Below are positions 28,502 to 38,850 of a stretch of 64,000 nucleotides of DNA, piece after piece. The notes beneath the pieces were generated by a model. That model made no database searches, was not told where the DNA came from, and saw only the letters and a program-made list of their open reading frames with translations. How positions within the stretch are numbered: position 1 is the first letter of the stretch; each line of letters begins with the position of its first letter. The stretch comes from Pseudomonadota bacterium. Lineage in GTDB: Bacteria > Myxococcota > JACRCW01 > JAFGSX01. The stretch lies in the NCBI GenBank assembly GCA_043821645.1, contig JBDRCO010000037.1:128001-192000 (forward strand). The letters run 5' to 3'. Position numbers and translations under genes: made by a program.

Positions 28502-29592
28502 CCGTCTTCGAGGACCTGCACCGCATCGGACAGAGCGTCTGGTACGACAACATCTCGCGCGAACTCATCGCCTCGGGAGCCATCGCCAGCCTGGTCGCCG
28601 AGGGTGCGATCCGTGGCATCACCAGCAATCCTTCGATCTTCGAGAAAGCCATCACCAGTGGCGAGGCCTACGACGACGGGATCCGGGCCCTGTTGCACAT
28701 GAACCCTGACCTGGACACCTTCACGCTCTACGAGGCCCTGGCCATCCAGGACATCCAGGCCGGTGCCGACGCACTGCGCCCGGTGTACGAACAGAGCCAG
28801 GGCGAGGACGGCTACATCAGCCTCGAGGTGTCGCCGCGTCTGGCGCACGACACCGAGGCCACGGTGACCGAGGCGCGTCGGCTGCACGTCGCGGTGAACC
28901 GCCCGAACCTGATGATCAAGGTGCCCGCCACCGACGCCGGTCTACCGGCAGTAACGCGGCTCATCGCCGACGGCATCGCGGTCAACGTGACCTTGATCTT
29001 CTCGCTCGAGGACTGGCGACGGAGCTTCGAGGCTTACCTCGACGGGGTGGAGCAGCGGATCGCTGCCGGTGGCGACCTGGGCTCCGTGGCGTCCGTGGCC
29101 TCGTTCTTCGTGAGCCGGCTCGACAACGACCTCGATCGCCGCACCTCCGAGGGCTCACCGCTTCGAGGCACCGTCGCCGTGGCTTACTGCCGTCTGATCT
29201 ACTCCCACTATCGCCAGCTCCTGGCAGCGCCCCGCATGAGCGCGCTGCGCGAGCGCGGAGGCAGGGCCCAGCGGCTGCTGTGGGCTTCCACCGGCACCAA
29301 GAACCCGGCCTACAGCGATCTGCTCTACGTCGAGGAACTGGTGGGTGCGGACACGGTGAACACCATGCCGCCAGCCACCCTGGACGCCCTGCGCGACCAC
29401 GGGCGCGCCGCGTCGCGGATTGATCTGGGACTCGCCGAGGCCGAGGCTCTGCTCGCCACCTTGCCGGCCTCCGGTATCGACCTCGATGGCACGACGCGGA
29501 AGCTCAAGGATCAGGGGGTCGAGGCCTTCATGACCTCGCTGGATGGCCTGTTGCTGGCCCTCGATTCTCGTCGACAGATCGCGGCAGGCTGA
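28498..29592 (+). CDS. tal: Transaldolase (long type)
   Basis: GQSVWYDNISR, GITSNPSIFEKA, SLEVSP, NLMIKVPAT, VNVTLIFS, SVASFFVSR, LWASTGTKNP, TVNTMP. Confidence 0.95.
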   Translation: MTVFEDLHRIGQSVWYDNISRELIASGAIASLVAEGAIRGITSNPSIFEKAITSGEAYDDGIRALLHMNPDLDTFTLYEALAIQDIQAGADALRPVYEQSQGEDGYISLEVSPRLAHDTEATVTEARRLHVAVNRPNLMIKVPATDAGLPAVTRLIADGIAVNVTLIFSLEDWRRSFEAYLDGVEQRIAAGGDLGSVASVASFFVSRLDNDLDRRTSEGSPLRGTVAVAYCRLIYSHYRQLLAAPRMSALRERGGRAQRLLWASTGTKNPAYSDLLYVEELVGADTVNTMPPATLDALRDHGRAASRIDLGLAEAEALLATLPASGIDLDGTTRKLKDQGVEAFMTSLDGLLLALDSRRQIAAG

Positions 29593-29613
29593 GCCTCAGA
29601 GAAAACTCCGCGA

Positions 29614-30540
29614 TCAGATCCCGCCACCGGCCTCGAAGATCTCTTGTCTGGCCTGCACCTGGGTCACGCGGCTCCCCGCGGGAATGCTCCGGGTCAGCCA
29701 TACATTGCCGCCGATGATCGAGCCCTGGCCCAGGGTGATGCGACCGAGGATGGTGGCGCCGGAGTAGATGACCACGTCGTCCTCGACGATGGGATGGCGG
29801 GGGATGCCCTTGATGGGGTTGCCCTGCGCGTCGAGGGGGAAGCTCTTGGCGCCCAGGGTGACGCCCTGGTAGATGCGGACCCGCTTGCCGATGATGCAGG
29901 TCTCGCCGATGACCACACCTGTGCCGTGATCGATGAAGAACATCTCGCCGACGCTGGCGCCTGGATGGATGTCGATGCCCGTGGTGCTGTGCGCGTGCTC
30001 CGTGATCATGCGGGGCAGCAGGGGCACGCCGAGGCGATGCATGGCATGGGCCAGGCGGTAGCTGGTGATGGCGGACACCCCGGGGTAGCAGAAGATCGCT
30101 TCGTCAGGCGAGGTCAGGGCAGGATCGCCCTCGTACGCCGCCTGCACGTCGCTGGCCACCAACCGCTGGACCTCGGGCAGGCGTGCCAGGAAGGTGCGCG
30201 TGATGTTCGCCGCCCGCGCCTCGCAATCGGGGCTGGGGCTTTCGTGATCGCAGGCGAAGCACAGGCCACGGCGCACCTGCTCGCCCAGGATGCGCTGCAC
30301 GTGATCGAGGGTCGCGCCGATGTGAAAGCGCATGCTGTGCTGGGTGAGCTCGGAGACGCCGAAGTAGCCCGGAAACAGCGCCGAGCGCAGCAGTTCGGTG
30401 ACGCCGATGACGGCATCGCGCGAGGGCAGGGGCTGCATGCACGCGGGGCGAGAGCCGCTGCGGCAGACCGCCGTGTTGTTGGCGCTCAGGGCCTCCACCA
30501 CCGAACCCAGATCGAAGTGGGTGCTGTCGATGTCAGGCAT
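29614..30540 (-). CDS. cysE: Serine O-acetyltransferase (EpsC-type CysE)
   Basis: [45 protein letters not shown]; ends in Ile. Confidence 0.93.
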   Translation of the reverse strand: MPDIDSTHFDLGSVVEALSANNTAVCRSGSRPACMQPLPSRDAVIGVTELLRSALFPGYFGVSELTQHSMRFHIGATLDHVQRILGEQVRRGLCFACDHESPSPDCEARAANITRTFLARLPEVQRLVASDVQAAYEGDPALTSPDEAIFCYPGVSAITSYRLAHAMHRLGVPLLPRMITEHAHSTTGIDIHPGASVGEMFFIDHGTGVVIGETCIIGKRVRIYQGVTLGAKSFPLDAQGNPIKGIPRHPIVEDDVVIYSGATILGRITLGQGSIIGGNVWLTRSIPAGSRVTQVQARQEIFEAGGGI

Positions 30541-31480
30541 GGCCACTCGTCTCCTCCAGGTCGGCGAACAACCAGGTGCTCAGGTAGCGCTCGCCGCAGG
30601 ACGGTATCATGACCACGATCTGCTTTCCGGCATTCTCGGGTCGCGCCGCCACCTGGAGCGCCGCATGCAGCGCGGCACCGGATGAGATGCCCACCAGCAA
30701 GCCTTCTTCCCGCGCCGCGCGGCGCGCCATGGTGCCGGCGTCCTCGTTGCTCACCAGCAGGATCTCGTCGATGACCGCTGTGTTGAGCACCTTGGGGACA
30801 AAGCCAGCGCCCAGACCCTGGAGCTTGTGCGGTCCTGGCTGGCCACCCGAGAGCACCGGTGAATCCGTGGGCTCGATCGCGATGGCACGGACCGAGGGCT
30901 TGCGCGACTTGAGCTCCTCGGCCACGCCGGTGATGGTGCCTCCGGTGCCGACACCGGCCACGAGGATATCCACCTGACCGTCGGTATCGCGCCAGATCTC
31001 GTCGGCGGTGGTGCGCCGGTGCACTGCTGGATTGGCCGGGTTCTCGAACTGCTGCAGCATGATGTGGTCAGATTTCTCGGCGACAAGCTGCTCGGCCCTG
31101 GCGATGGCACCCTTCATGCCCTCGGCGCCCGGCGTCAGCACCAGCTCCGCACCCAGGGCGCGCAGCAACTTGCGGCGTTCGATGCTCATGGTGTCCGGCA
31201 TGGTGAGCAGAAGCTTGTAGCCTCGCGCCGCGCACACGAAGGCGAGGGCAATGCCGGTGTTCCCCGAGGTCGGCTCGACCAGGATGGTGCTGGGTTTCAG
31301 GCGGCCCTCGGCCTCGGCGGCCTCGACCATGCTCAGGCCGATGCGGTCCTTGACCGAGGACAAGGGATTGAAGAACTCGAGCTTGGCCAGGAGTGTGGCC
31401 TTGCCGCCTGCGTTGAGGCGGTTGATGCGGACCAGCGGTGTCTTGCCGATGAGCTGGGTGATGTCGTTGGCGATCTTCAT
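30533..31480 (-). CDS. cysK: Cysteine synthase A
   Basis: [52 protein letters not shown]. Confidence 0.96.
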   Translation of the reverse strand: MKIANDITQLIGKTPLVRINRLNAGGKATLLAKLEFFNPLSSVKDRIGLSMVEAAEAEGRLKPSTILVEPTSGNTGIALAFVCAARGYKLLLTMPDTMSIERRKLLRALGAELVLTPGAEGMKGAIARAEQLVAEKSDHIMLQQFENPANPAVHRRTTADEIWRDTDGQVDILVAGVGTGGTITGVAEELKSRKPSVRAIAIEPTDSPVLSGGQPGPHKLQGLGAGFVPKVLNTAVIDEILLVSNEDAGTMARRAAREEGLLVGISSGAALHAALQVAARPENAGKQIVVMIPSCGERYLSTWLFADLEETSGHA

Positions 31481-31512
31481 GGCGATTCCCTCGTCGACGC
31501 TTCAGGTGCGCG

Positions 31513-31935
31513 TCAGATGTAAAACATGAGATTGCCCGCGCGCTGGCGTGCGCGAGTGGCGAGCTTGTCCAGGGTCAGCAGCGCGAGCTGGTCGCGCAGG
31601 CCGTTGCTGACCTCCGCGAACACCTCGTCGACCACCGAGCCGGGATCGCTGCTGACGCCCTGCTCCAGGACCTCACCCTCGAGGGTGAGCAGGATGTCTC
31701 GCAGGTTGACCAGGCTGGGATCGCCCGCCAGCAGGAAGCCGCCGTGGGCGCCCCGGGCGCTGCGCACGAAGCCGGCTCCGCGTAGCGTGGTCATCAAGTT
31801 GTGAAGGTACTTGCGCGAGATGCCGTGCTTGTCTGCGATGGCCGTGAGCTGAACGGGCTTGCCTCCGTATGCGCAGGCCAGCTCGACCATGGCCAGCAAG
31901 CCGTAGCGGCCACGTGTCGACACTTTGAGCATCAT
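31513..31935 (-). CDS. cymR: Rrf2 family regulator, CymR-like
   Basis: STRGRYGL, S.RGAHGGF.L; lacks the IscR Cys triad; ends MFYI; first gene of the cysK-cysE unit. Confidence 0.8.
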   Translation of the reverse strand: MMLKVSTRGRYGLLAMVELACAYGGKPVQLTAIADKHGISRKYLHNLMTTLRGAGFVRSARGAHGGFLLAGDPSLVNLRDILLTLEGEVLEQGVSSDPGSVVDEVFAEVSNGLRDQLALLTLDKLATRARQRAGNLMFYI

Positions 31936-31946
31936 GTCTACCTTTT

Positions 31947-31964
31947 ATACTTTATTAGTGTACT
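31947..31964. promoter_or_regulatory. Candidate Rrf2/CymR operator 1
   Basis: ATACTTTATTAGTGTACT with ACT-N5-AGT dyad, in an AT-rich gap. Confidence 0.6.
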
Positions 31965-32028
31965 TAAATTAACACGACGAAATCTTATTGCAACTTCTGA
32001 ATTCCAAGCAGGCCTGTTTTTAAATAAA

Positions 32029-32044
32029 ACTATATTAGTGTACT
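32029..32044. promoter_or_regulatory. Candidate Rrf2/CymR operator 2
   Basis: ACTATATTAGTGTACT, 15/16 identical to 31949-31964, 80 bp away. Confidence 0.6.
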
Positions 32045-33566
32045 ATAGGTCCGACTTTTTTGGATGCGCCAACCCTTCCAAAAAACGGACCAAGGTGGCC
32101 ACCCCGAAGCCAGTGCCCCCCTTGGAAATATGGTCGCGTGCAGAGTCCGAGAAGGCAGGACCCGCGATGTCGAGATGGGCCCAGCGCACGCCCTCGGGCA
32201 CGAACTCCCTCAGAAAGAGTGCGGCGGTGATGGCGCCGCCGTAGCGGCCACCCGTGTTCTTGAGATCCGCGATGGGACTCTTGAGCTGATCCCGCAGGCT
32301 GTCGTCGAGGGGCAGGCGCCAGCTTGGCTCGCCCGCGAGAGCTCCGGCGCGGCCCAGGTCACTGGCCAAGCTGTCGTCGGCGCTGAACAATCCCGCGCAG
32401 TGCGGCCCGAGCGCCACCACGCACGCACCGGTCAGGGTCGCCAGGTCCACCAGCAGCTCCGGCTTGACCGTGGCGGCGAGACTGAAGGTGTCGGCGAGGA
32501 CCAGCCGGCCCTCGGCGTCGGTGTTGCCGATCTCGACGCTGAGCCCGGCGCGGGAACGCACCACGTCGCCGGGCTTGAACGCAGCGCTTCCCAGCATGTT
32601 CTCGCTGCAGGCCAAAAAAGCGTGAACTTCGAGCGGGAGCTTCAGCTCGGCCACCGCTCGCATCGCAGCCAGCACAGCCGCGGCTCCCGCCATGTCGGAC
32701 TTCATGCCGAGCATGCTGGCCGCGGGCTTGATGTCCAGGCCTCCGGCATCGAAGGTGATGCCCTTGCCCACGAGCACCACGCGTGGTCCTCGATGGCGGG
32801 CGGGCCTGTGGCGCAGATGCACGACGCAGGGCGGCTCGTGGCTACCGCGCGACACGGCCTCGAGCAGGCCCATGCGCAAGCGCCGCAGCGAGGCGCGGTC
32901 GTGCACACGAACGGTCAGGCCCAGCTGGCGACTGCCCTGCCGCGCCTGTTCGGCGAGGCGCCGCGGGGTCATGTGCGACGCGGGTTCGTTGACCAGATCG
33001 CGAGCCAGCATCGTGGCGCGGGCCAGCACCTCGCCCCGGGCCAGGGCCGGGCGCGAGATCGTCGGCTCTCCGGGAGGTAGGACCACGATGAAATCCGTGA
33101 GCTCGTGATCCCTGGTCGAGCGGCGCTTGTAGCGATCAAAGCGATAGAGCGCGAGCTGGGCACCCTCGACCAGGGCGGCGCCCACCTCCGGGGCGGGCTG
33201 CAGCGTCGCCAGCGAGGCGGGGAGCACGAGGGCCAGGCGCCGGGCCCGGGTGGCCACCGCGACGCGAACGCAGCGCGAGGCCAGGCGGCGAAGGTCGCTC
33301 ACCGTCGAGGGAGGGTTGGCTCCCAGGCCAAGCAGGGCCACCCGACGGGCGGGGATGAGGCGCTGGGTTCGCAGGGCCAGGGTCTGGTCCGGCGCCGCGG
33401 TGAAGCCGTCGTCGTCCACTGCCTGGCGCAGGGCTCCCTCAAGCGAGCGATCGAGTTCGGCCAGTGGCCCCACCCGGACCTTCTTCAGTTCGCCGCTGGT
33501 GAGCGGCAGCACGAGCAGGTCACAGCGCAGGCGCGACGGGGACTGACGACGGGCAACACAGCGCAT
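32043..33566 (-). CDS. pepA: Leucyl aminopeptidase (M17)
   Basis: GKGITFDAGG, MKSDMAGAA, NTDAEGRL, DLATLTGAC, HLDIAG. Confidence 0.95.
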   Translation of the reverse strand: MRCVARRQSPSRLRCDLLVLPLTSGELKKVRVGPLAELDRSLEGALRQAVDDDGFTAAPDQTLALRTQRLIPARRVALLGLGANPPSTVSDLRRLASRCVRVAVATRARRLALVLPASLATLQPAPEVGAALVEGAQLALYRFDRYKRRSTRDHELTDFIVVLPPGEPTISRPALARGEVLARATMLARDLVNEPASHMTPRRLAEQARQGSRQLGLTVRVHDRASLRRLRMGLLEAVSRGSHEPPCVVHLRHRPARHRGPRVVLVGKGITFDAGGLDIKPAASMLGMKSDMAGAAAVLAAMRAVAELKLPLEVHAFLACSENMLGSAAFKPGDVVRSRAGLSVEIGNTDAEGRLVLADTFSLAATVKPELLVDLATLTGACVVALGPHCAGLFSADDSLASDLGRAGALAGEPSWRLPLDDSLRDQLKSPIADLKNTGGRYGGAITAALFLREFVPEGVRWAHLDIAGPAFSDSARDHISKGGTGFGVATLVRFLEGLAHPKKSDL

Positions 33567-33751
33567 GGCATTCCTTCTGTCGGGCGACGACGATCAAGGC
33601 GTCGGAACGCGCCGGGCCCTTGTACCAGCGGGTGCGCGGCGGCGGCAAGGTGCGCCGCTGCCATCTTCTCGTGCCGTCGTAGAAATGGCTCCGAGCTTCC
33701 ACACCGCCTATCATGAGGTCGAGGAGGGGGGCAGCGCGCCCCGGGACGGTC

Positions 33752-34660
33752 ATGCCGCAATCGCTGGTTCACCTCAGTGCCATCGTCGAACTGGGTGGCG
33801 ATTCCAGGCTTCCGCCCCAGGTGCGGGAGGCGCTGCAGCGCTGTCCGGAGCTGGCCCGTCTGGGTGCCATCCTCCCCGACCTCCCTTTCTTCTCGAACAT
33901 CCGACGGCGCGCCCTGCGTCAGCTGTTGCATCTGCCACAGCCCGGGGCCGCCTGGGCCACCAGGATGCACCAGGAGCCTGCCCTGGAGCTTGGCGTGGCC
34001 TTGCTGCAGCCGCGCTCGCAATCGCGGCTGGGCCCCCTATCGCGGCTGGCTCTGGCGGCGGGCTTCTTCTCCCACGCAGCCCTGGACACCGCGCTGCACC
34101 CCCTGGTGTACCGGCTCATCGCGCAGGAGGGTGTGCAGGGGCAGCAGGCCAGCCAGACCCTCCATCTGAGCATCGAGAAGCTGCACAGCCTGATCCTGCA
34201 CCGCGAGCGCTGGGCAGAGGCGAGGCGCGAGCTGCCCGTCGCGGAGCTGTGCGACCTGCGGACCGAGGGACAGCGACCGGGCACAGGTCTGCACATCGCC
34301 GAAAGCCTGCGCGACATGCACGGGAAGGCACCCCTGCCTGCGGATATCGTGGACTGGGTGGAGGGCTTTGCTCGCTACGGCCGCCTGGTACAGCAGCACC
34401 CGGAGTGGGCCGAGGGTGGCCCCGTTGAGATCGATCGCGACCGCCCGCGCTGGTTCGATGGTCCACAGGTCGAGCTGCTGCTGGAACGTGCCCTGAGCAG
34501 GGCCCTGCGCTGGTTCTCACTGCTCGACCAGGCCTTCGCGCCCGGTGACGTGCTCCCGGCAGATCTGCTCAGGCTGGCCAGTGGTTTTCGCCGGGTTTCC
34601 CTCGACTTCACCGAGGATCCCTTCGTCGAGGAGGAGCGAGCGTCTCCGGGGGTGGACTAG
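33752..34660 (+). CDS. Zinc-dependent phospholipase C family protein
   Basis: MP...H N-terminus, LGAILPD, GFFSHAALD..LHP.V, H..IE. Confidence 0.72.
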   Translation: MPQSLVHLSAIVELGGDSRLPPQVREALQRCPELARLGAILPDLPFFSNIRRRALRQLLHLPQPGAAWATRMHQEPALELGVALLQPRSQSRLGPLSRLALAAGFFSHAALDTALHPLVYRLIAQEGVQGQQASQTLHLSIEKLHSLILHRERWAEARRELPVAELCDLRTEGQRPGTGLHIAESLRDMHGKAPLPADIVDWVEGFARYGRLVQQHPEWAEGGPVEIDRDRPRWFDGPQVELLLERALSRALRWFSLLDQAFAPGDVLPADLLRLASGFRRVSLDFTEDPFVEEERASPGVD

Positions 34661-34801
34661 GCGCAGGGCTGGGCCACGGAGGCGGAACGGTTGCCGCCCG
34701 CGAAGGTGGCGGTTACCATTTACTCATGGCCCGGCGAGGAGTGAACCCGCTGGCCCCGTGACGCGTTGAAAGATCCCGCGGCCTCACCGCGGGGAGGTGA
34801 C

Positions 34802-37801
34802 ATGCGCAGAACGTTCCTGGACCTGGCGCTGGCAGCGCCGCTTGCGCTGCTTCTTGGCCTTGCGATCCAGCCTCCGCAGCACCTTGCAGGCAACGGCGCC
34901 GTCGCGGTCGCTTCCGAGCGAGCGCTGCAAGTCGACGCCACCGAGGACGGGGCCTACAGCCTGACGGCGCTGCGCCTGGTGAGCAAGGTAGTGCTCCTGA
35001 TCAAGGAGAACTACGTGGACCAGCAGCGGGTGAAACCCCGCGAGATGCTCATCGGCGCCATGCATGGCGTGGAACGCGAGGCCGCCGAGGTGCTGGCCAC
35101 CGAGAGCGAGGACACGCATTCGCTCATGGTGCATGTGGGGGCCGAGAAGCAGACCTACAGCGTCGAGGATGTCAGCTCTTTGTGGGAGATGACCTTCAGG
35201 CTGCGGGACATCCTGCGCTTCGTCGATCGCGAGCTTCCGCCAGACGTCGACCGCCGGGACATCGAGTACGCCGTGATCAACGGCATGCTGCAAACCCTGG
35301 ATCCGCACTCGATCCTGCTGACGCCGCGCTTCTACGAGGAGATGAAGATGTCGACCCGCGGCGAGTTCGGCGGCCTCGGCATCGTCATCGCGATCCGCGA
35401 CGGCCGCCTGACCGTGGTGGCGCCCATCGACGGCACACCGGCTCACATGGCCGGCATCCGGCGCCTCGACCAGATCGTTCGCATCGGCGAGGAGTCGACC
35501 ATCAACATGGCGCTCGACGAGGCCGTGGAGAGGCTCCGCGGCGCTCCCGGCACCCAGGTCACCATCTGGGTGCAGCGCGAGCCCTGGACCGAGCCGCGCA
35601 AGTTCGTGATGACCCGGGCGCGCATCAAGATCGAGAGCGTCACCGCGCAGCTTTTGGCCGACGACGTGGGCTATGTTCGCATCAAGAACTTCCAGAACAA
35701 CACGGCCCGCGACCTCGACGAGCACATCCGCAAGATGGCCGGACGCACTGCATCGGGTCTGCGCGGGCTGGTGCTGGATTTGAGGGACAATCCAGGCGGT
35801 TTGTTGGAACAAGCCATCGACGTCAGCGACCGCTTTCTCGAGGCTGGGGTGATCGTCAGCACCGTGGGAGCAGGTGCACCCAAGGTTGAGAGTGCGCACT
35901 GGGCCGGCAGCAACACAGAGCTGCCACTGGTGGTGCTGGTCAATGGAGGCAGCGCGTCGGCGTCCGAGATCGTGGCCGGAGCCATCAAGAACAACGACCG
36001 AGGGGTGGTGATCGGCGAGCAGACCTTCGGCAAGGGCTCCGTGCAGGTTCTGTACGACTTCAAGGACGGATCGGCCCTCAAGTTGACTGTGGCCCAGTAC
36101 CTGACACCGGGGGATCTCTCGATTCAGAACATCGGCATCACACCGGATGTGGCCGTGCAGACGGTCGCGGTGGAGAAGGACTACATCGATCTTTTCCAGG
36201 ACACCTCGCACATGCGCGAATCGGACCTGGACAAGCATCTCAACGACGAGCGCACTGCGACGGCCAAACCCGTTTTCCAGATCCGCCAGCTGGGCGACAA
36301 GGAGGATGAGGACCCCGACGCGGCCGCGGTGCGTGATGCCAGTCATGGATTCAAGAGCGACTTCCAGATCGAGCTGGCGCGACGACTTCTCGCCGAGAAA
36401 GGGGCGCGAACCCGTCGCGAGCTGCTCGAGGGCGCGCGGGCACCCTTCGCCGACGCGACCGCCGCCGAGGAGCAGCGCATCGTCGAGGCTCTGGCCGGCA
36501 TCGGGGTGGACTGGAGTCTGGGTCCGGACGTACCGGGTGGTCAGGCCGTGGCTCGCTTGCTCAAGGAGGCGCGAGCGGAGGCCGGCACTCCGGTGACGGT
36601 CGAGATCGAGGTGGAGAACAAGGGCACCGCTCCGCTGTACCGGCTGCGGGCAACCACCGGGTCCAAGTTCAATTCCTTCGCCGAGCAGGAGTTCGTGTTC
36701 GGTCGGCTCCTTCCTGGCGAGAAGCGACGCTGGTCGATCAAGCTGTCGACGCGCAAGGCGCTCCGCACTCGCACCGAGGAGGTGCCCGTGCGCTTCAGCG
36801 AGCAGTACAGCCGGGCACCGGAGGTTTTGCCGGTCAAGGTGCGCGTCGACGAGTTGCCGCGGCCGCGGTTCGAGCTGCTCGCCGCCATCGACGACAGCGA
36901 GGGCAATGGCGACGGAATGTTGCAGGTGGGCGAGAAGGTTCAGCTGGTGGTGGCGGTGCGCAACGTCGGGACCGGGGTGTCCGCGTCACCCCTGCTGACC
37001 CTGAAGAACATGACGGGACAGGAACTCTTCATCCAGCGAGGCCGGGTGGTTGCCGACGCCCTGGAGCCTGGGAAGGTCGGCGTGGCTCGCATGCAGTTCG
37101 ACGTGCGCGGTGTGCCGCTCAAGGGCGCACAGCTCCGCATTGGTGTCGTCGACCAGGACCTGGGAGAGGGCACGGCCACCCGCCTGAGCCTGCCCGTGAC
37201 CCGTGGTGGAACACCATCCACTCCCGTCACCGGTATCGCGACCAGCCGAGGTAAGGTGCCGCTTCGCTCCAGCATCGATGCCTCGTCGGCCGTGATCGCG
37301 GAGCTCGATCCGAGCCAGGCTGTGGCCGCGCTGACGCAGAATGGAGGGGCCCTGAGGGTCGAGCTTCCACGCAAGGTGCCAGCCTTCGTGGATGCGACGG
37401 CGGTGACCGTGGTGCCTGGCACCGCGGCTCTGCGCAAACGCCCGACAGCCACGCTGGTGTTCCCGGTGGTGCCCCCGCGCATCACGATCACGGCACCTGC
37501 CGCGGGCAGCGAGACACTGGCCAGCAGCCTGGTTTTCGAGGGGCGGGTGGAATCGGACCTGCCCGTGCGAGACCTGATCGTCTATGCCAATGGCAAGAAG
37601 GTGTTCTTCACCGCGGTGGGCAAGAAGACCCCGCAAGGATGGATCTTCTCGACCACGGTTCCTCTCGAGGAGGGGCCCAACATGATCGTCGTGGTGGGGC
37701 GTGTCGACGAGGAACTCGATGGCCAGAGCAGTGTGATCGTCCGACGTGCGATCAAGGGGCTGGAGGTGGCCGGGTCCGCGACTGCTCAGCCGGGACCCTA
37801 G
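34802..37801 (+). CDS. S41 carboxy-terminal protease with PDZ and C-terminal Ig-like domains (myxobacterial long form)
   Basis: LDPHS, FGGLGI, LDLRDNPGGLL, SASASEIVAG, TFGKGSVQ; GGAGG RBS. Confidence 0.92.
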   Translation: MRRTFLDLALAAPLALLLGLAIQPPQHLAGNGAVAVASERALQVDATEDGAYSLTALRLVSKVVLLIKENYVDQQRVKPREMLIGAMHGVEREAAEVLATESEDTHSLMVHVGAEKQTYSVEDVSSLWEMTFRLRDILRFVDRELPPDVDRRDIEYAVINGMLQTLDPHSILLTPRFYEEMKMSTRGEFGGLGIVIAIRDGRLTVVAPIDGTPAHMAGIRRLDQIVRIGEESTINMALDEAVERLRGAPGTQVTIWVQREPWTEPRKFVMTRARIKIESVTAQLLADDVGYVRIKNFQNNTARDLDEHIRKMAGRTASGLRGLVLDLRDNPGGLLEQAIDVSDRFLEAGVIVSTVGAGAPKVESAHWAGSNTELPLVVLVNGGSASASEIVAGAIKNNDRGVVIGEQTFGKGSVQVLYDFKDGSALKLTVAQYLTPGDLSIQNIGITPDVAVQTVAVEKDYIDLFQDTSHMRESDLDKHLNDERTATAKPVFQIRQLGDKEDEDPDAAAVRDASHGFKSDFQIELARRLLAEKGARTRRELLEGARAPFADATAAEEQRIVEALAGIGVDWSLGPDVPGGQAVARLLKEARAEAGTPVTVEIEVENKGTAPLYRLRATTGSKFNSFAEQEFVFGRLLPGEKRRWSIKLSTRKALRTRTEEVPVRFSEQYSRAPEVLPVKVRVDELPRPRFELLAAIDDSEGNGDGMLQVGEKVQLVVAVRNVGTGVSASPLLTLKNMTGQELFIQRGRVVADALEPGKVGVARMQFDVRGVPLKGAQLRIGVVDQDLGEGTATRLSLPVTRGGTPSTPVTGIATSRGKVPLRSSIDASSAVIAELDPSQAVAALTQNGGALRVELPRKVPAFVDATAVTVVPGTAALRKRPTATLVFPVVPPRITITAPAAGSETLASSLVFEGRVESDLPVRDLIVYANGKKVFFTAVGKKTPQGWIFSTTVPLEEGPNMIVVVGRVDEELDGQSSVIVRRAIKGLEVAGSATAQPGP

Positions 37802-37877
37802 CAGAGGGGGGACCAGCGGGCGCAGGGAGGCGCCCTCGGGGGATGGGGATGGGGTACGTCACAGGTGGGGGGTGGAC

Positions 37878-38450
37878 ATGCCGCGGCTGTTCGTGGCGAC
37901 GGAGCTGAGTGCCGAGGCGCAGGCCCGTGCGTCCTCCCTCGAGGAGCAGCTGCGCCGGCAGCTGAGGCGGCGGGCGCGGGTGCGCTGGACCCGGCCCGAC
38001 GGGCGGCACGTCACACTCTGCTTTCTCGGGCTGGTTGCCGATGCTGCCGTCGATGCCGTGGCCAAGGTCATGCACGACGTCGCAGCGCGCCATTTTGGTT
38101 TCCAGGTGGCAGTGCACGGCCTGGGGGCTTTTCCCACAGCGCGCCGGGCTCGCGTGCTGTGGCTGGGTGTGACCGACCCCGCGGGTGCACTTGCTCGTCT
38201 GGCTGCGGACCTTCAAGAAGGGCTGCGCGAGGCCGGGCACGAAATCGACAGCCGCGAGTTCAAGGGACATGTCACCCTGGGGCGCGTGGCTGATCGCAGC
38301 GGGCTCGACGTCGACGACGAGATGGAGCTGGACCAGGCCGAGCCGATCTCGCTGCAGGTCGACAGCATCGTTCTGTTCGAGAGCCAGCTCGCCCCCTCGG
38401 GAGCTCGCTACGTGCGACTCCGCCAGGCGCGGCTGGCCGACGCCGGTTGA
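37878..38450 (+). CDS. thpR: RNA 2',3'-cyclic phosphodiesterase (2H family)
   Basis: RLFVA, two HVTL motifs, RVLWLG. Confidence 0.9.
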   Translation: MPRLFVATELSAEAQARASSLEEQLRRQLRRRARVRWTRPDGRHVTLCFLGLVADAAVDAVAKVMHDVAARHFGFQVAVHGLGAFPTARRARVLWLGVTDPAGALARLAADLQEGLREAGHEIDSREFKGHVTLGRVADRSGLDVDDEMELDQAEPISLQVDSIVLFESQLAPSGARYVRLRQARLADAG

Positions 38451-38544
38451 CAAGCTCGGCGCTTTCTTACGCAATCCCTGGAGCCCCAGGCTGCTCTTCC
38501 GCAGAGCTGGCGGCGGCCAGAGACCACCAGCGCGAGGTAGCACG

Positions 38545-38850
38545 ATGGATCCCGAGCAGCTCAAGGGTTTGCTGCAGCAGGCGCAGACGATGGCGCAGTC
38601 GCTCCAGGGTGACCTGGCAGGAAAGACTGCCGAGGGCAGCGCAGGGGGAGGGCTGGTGCGTGTCGAGGTCAATGGATCCAACCAGGTCACTGCGGTGCAC
38701 ATCGACCCGAAGGTGATCGACCCGTCGGATCCGGCCATGCTCGAGGACCTCGTCCGCGCGGCCATGAACCAGGCCTTCGAGCGTCTGCGCGAGCTGGTCG
38801 CCGAGGAGATGCAGCGGCGCACCGGGGGCATGCTGCCCGGGCTTTTCTGA
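38545..38850 (+). CDS. ybaB: YbaB/EbfC nucleoid-associated protein
   Basis: EGSAGGGLVRV, MLEDLVRAA.N.A; directly upstream of recR. Confidence 0.92.
   Translation: MDPEQLKGLLQQAQTMAQSLQGDLAGKTAEGSAGGGLVRVEVNGSNQVTAVHIDPKVIDPSDPAMLEDLVRAAMNQAFERLRELVAEEMQRRTGGMLPGLF

Noticed and set aside
31936-32100. AT-rich patch as a foreign island or insertion scar
   Set aside because: Only ~110-160 bp, confined to a promoter region and explained by operator repeats; no mobility genes.
38451-38544. SRP RNA or other ncRNA upstream of ybaB
   Set aside because: No recognisable SRP conserved loop; only a TTGACA at 38447 with a weak -10.
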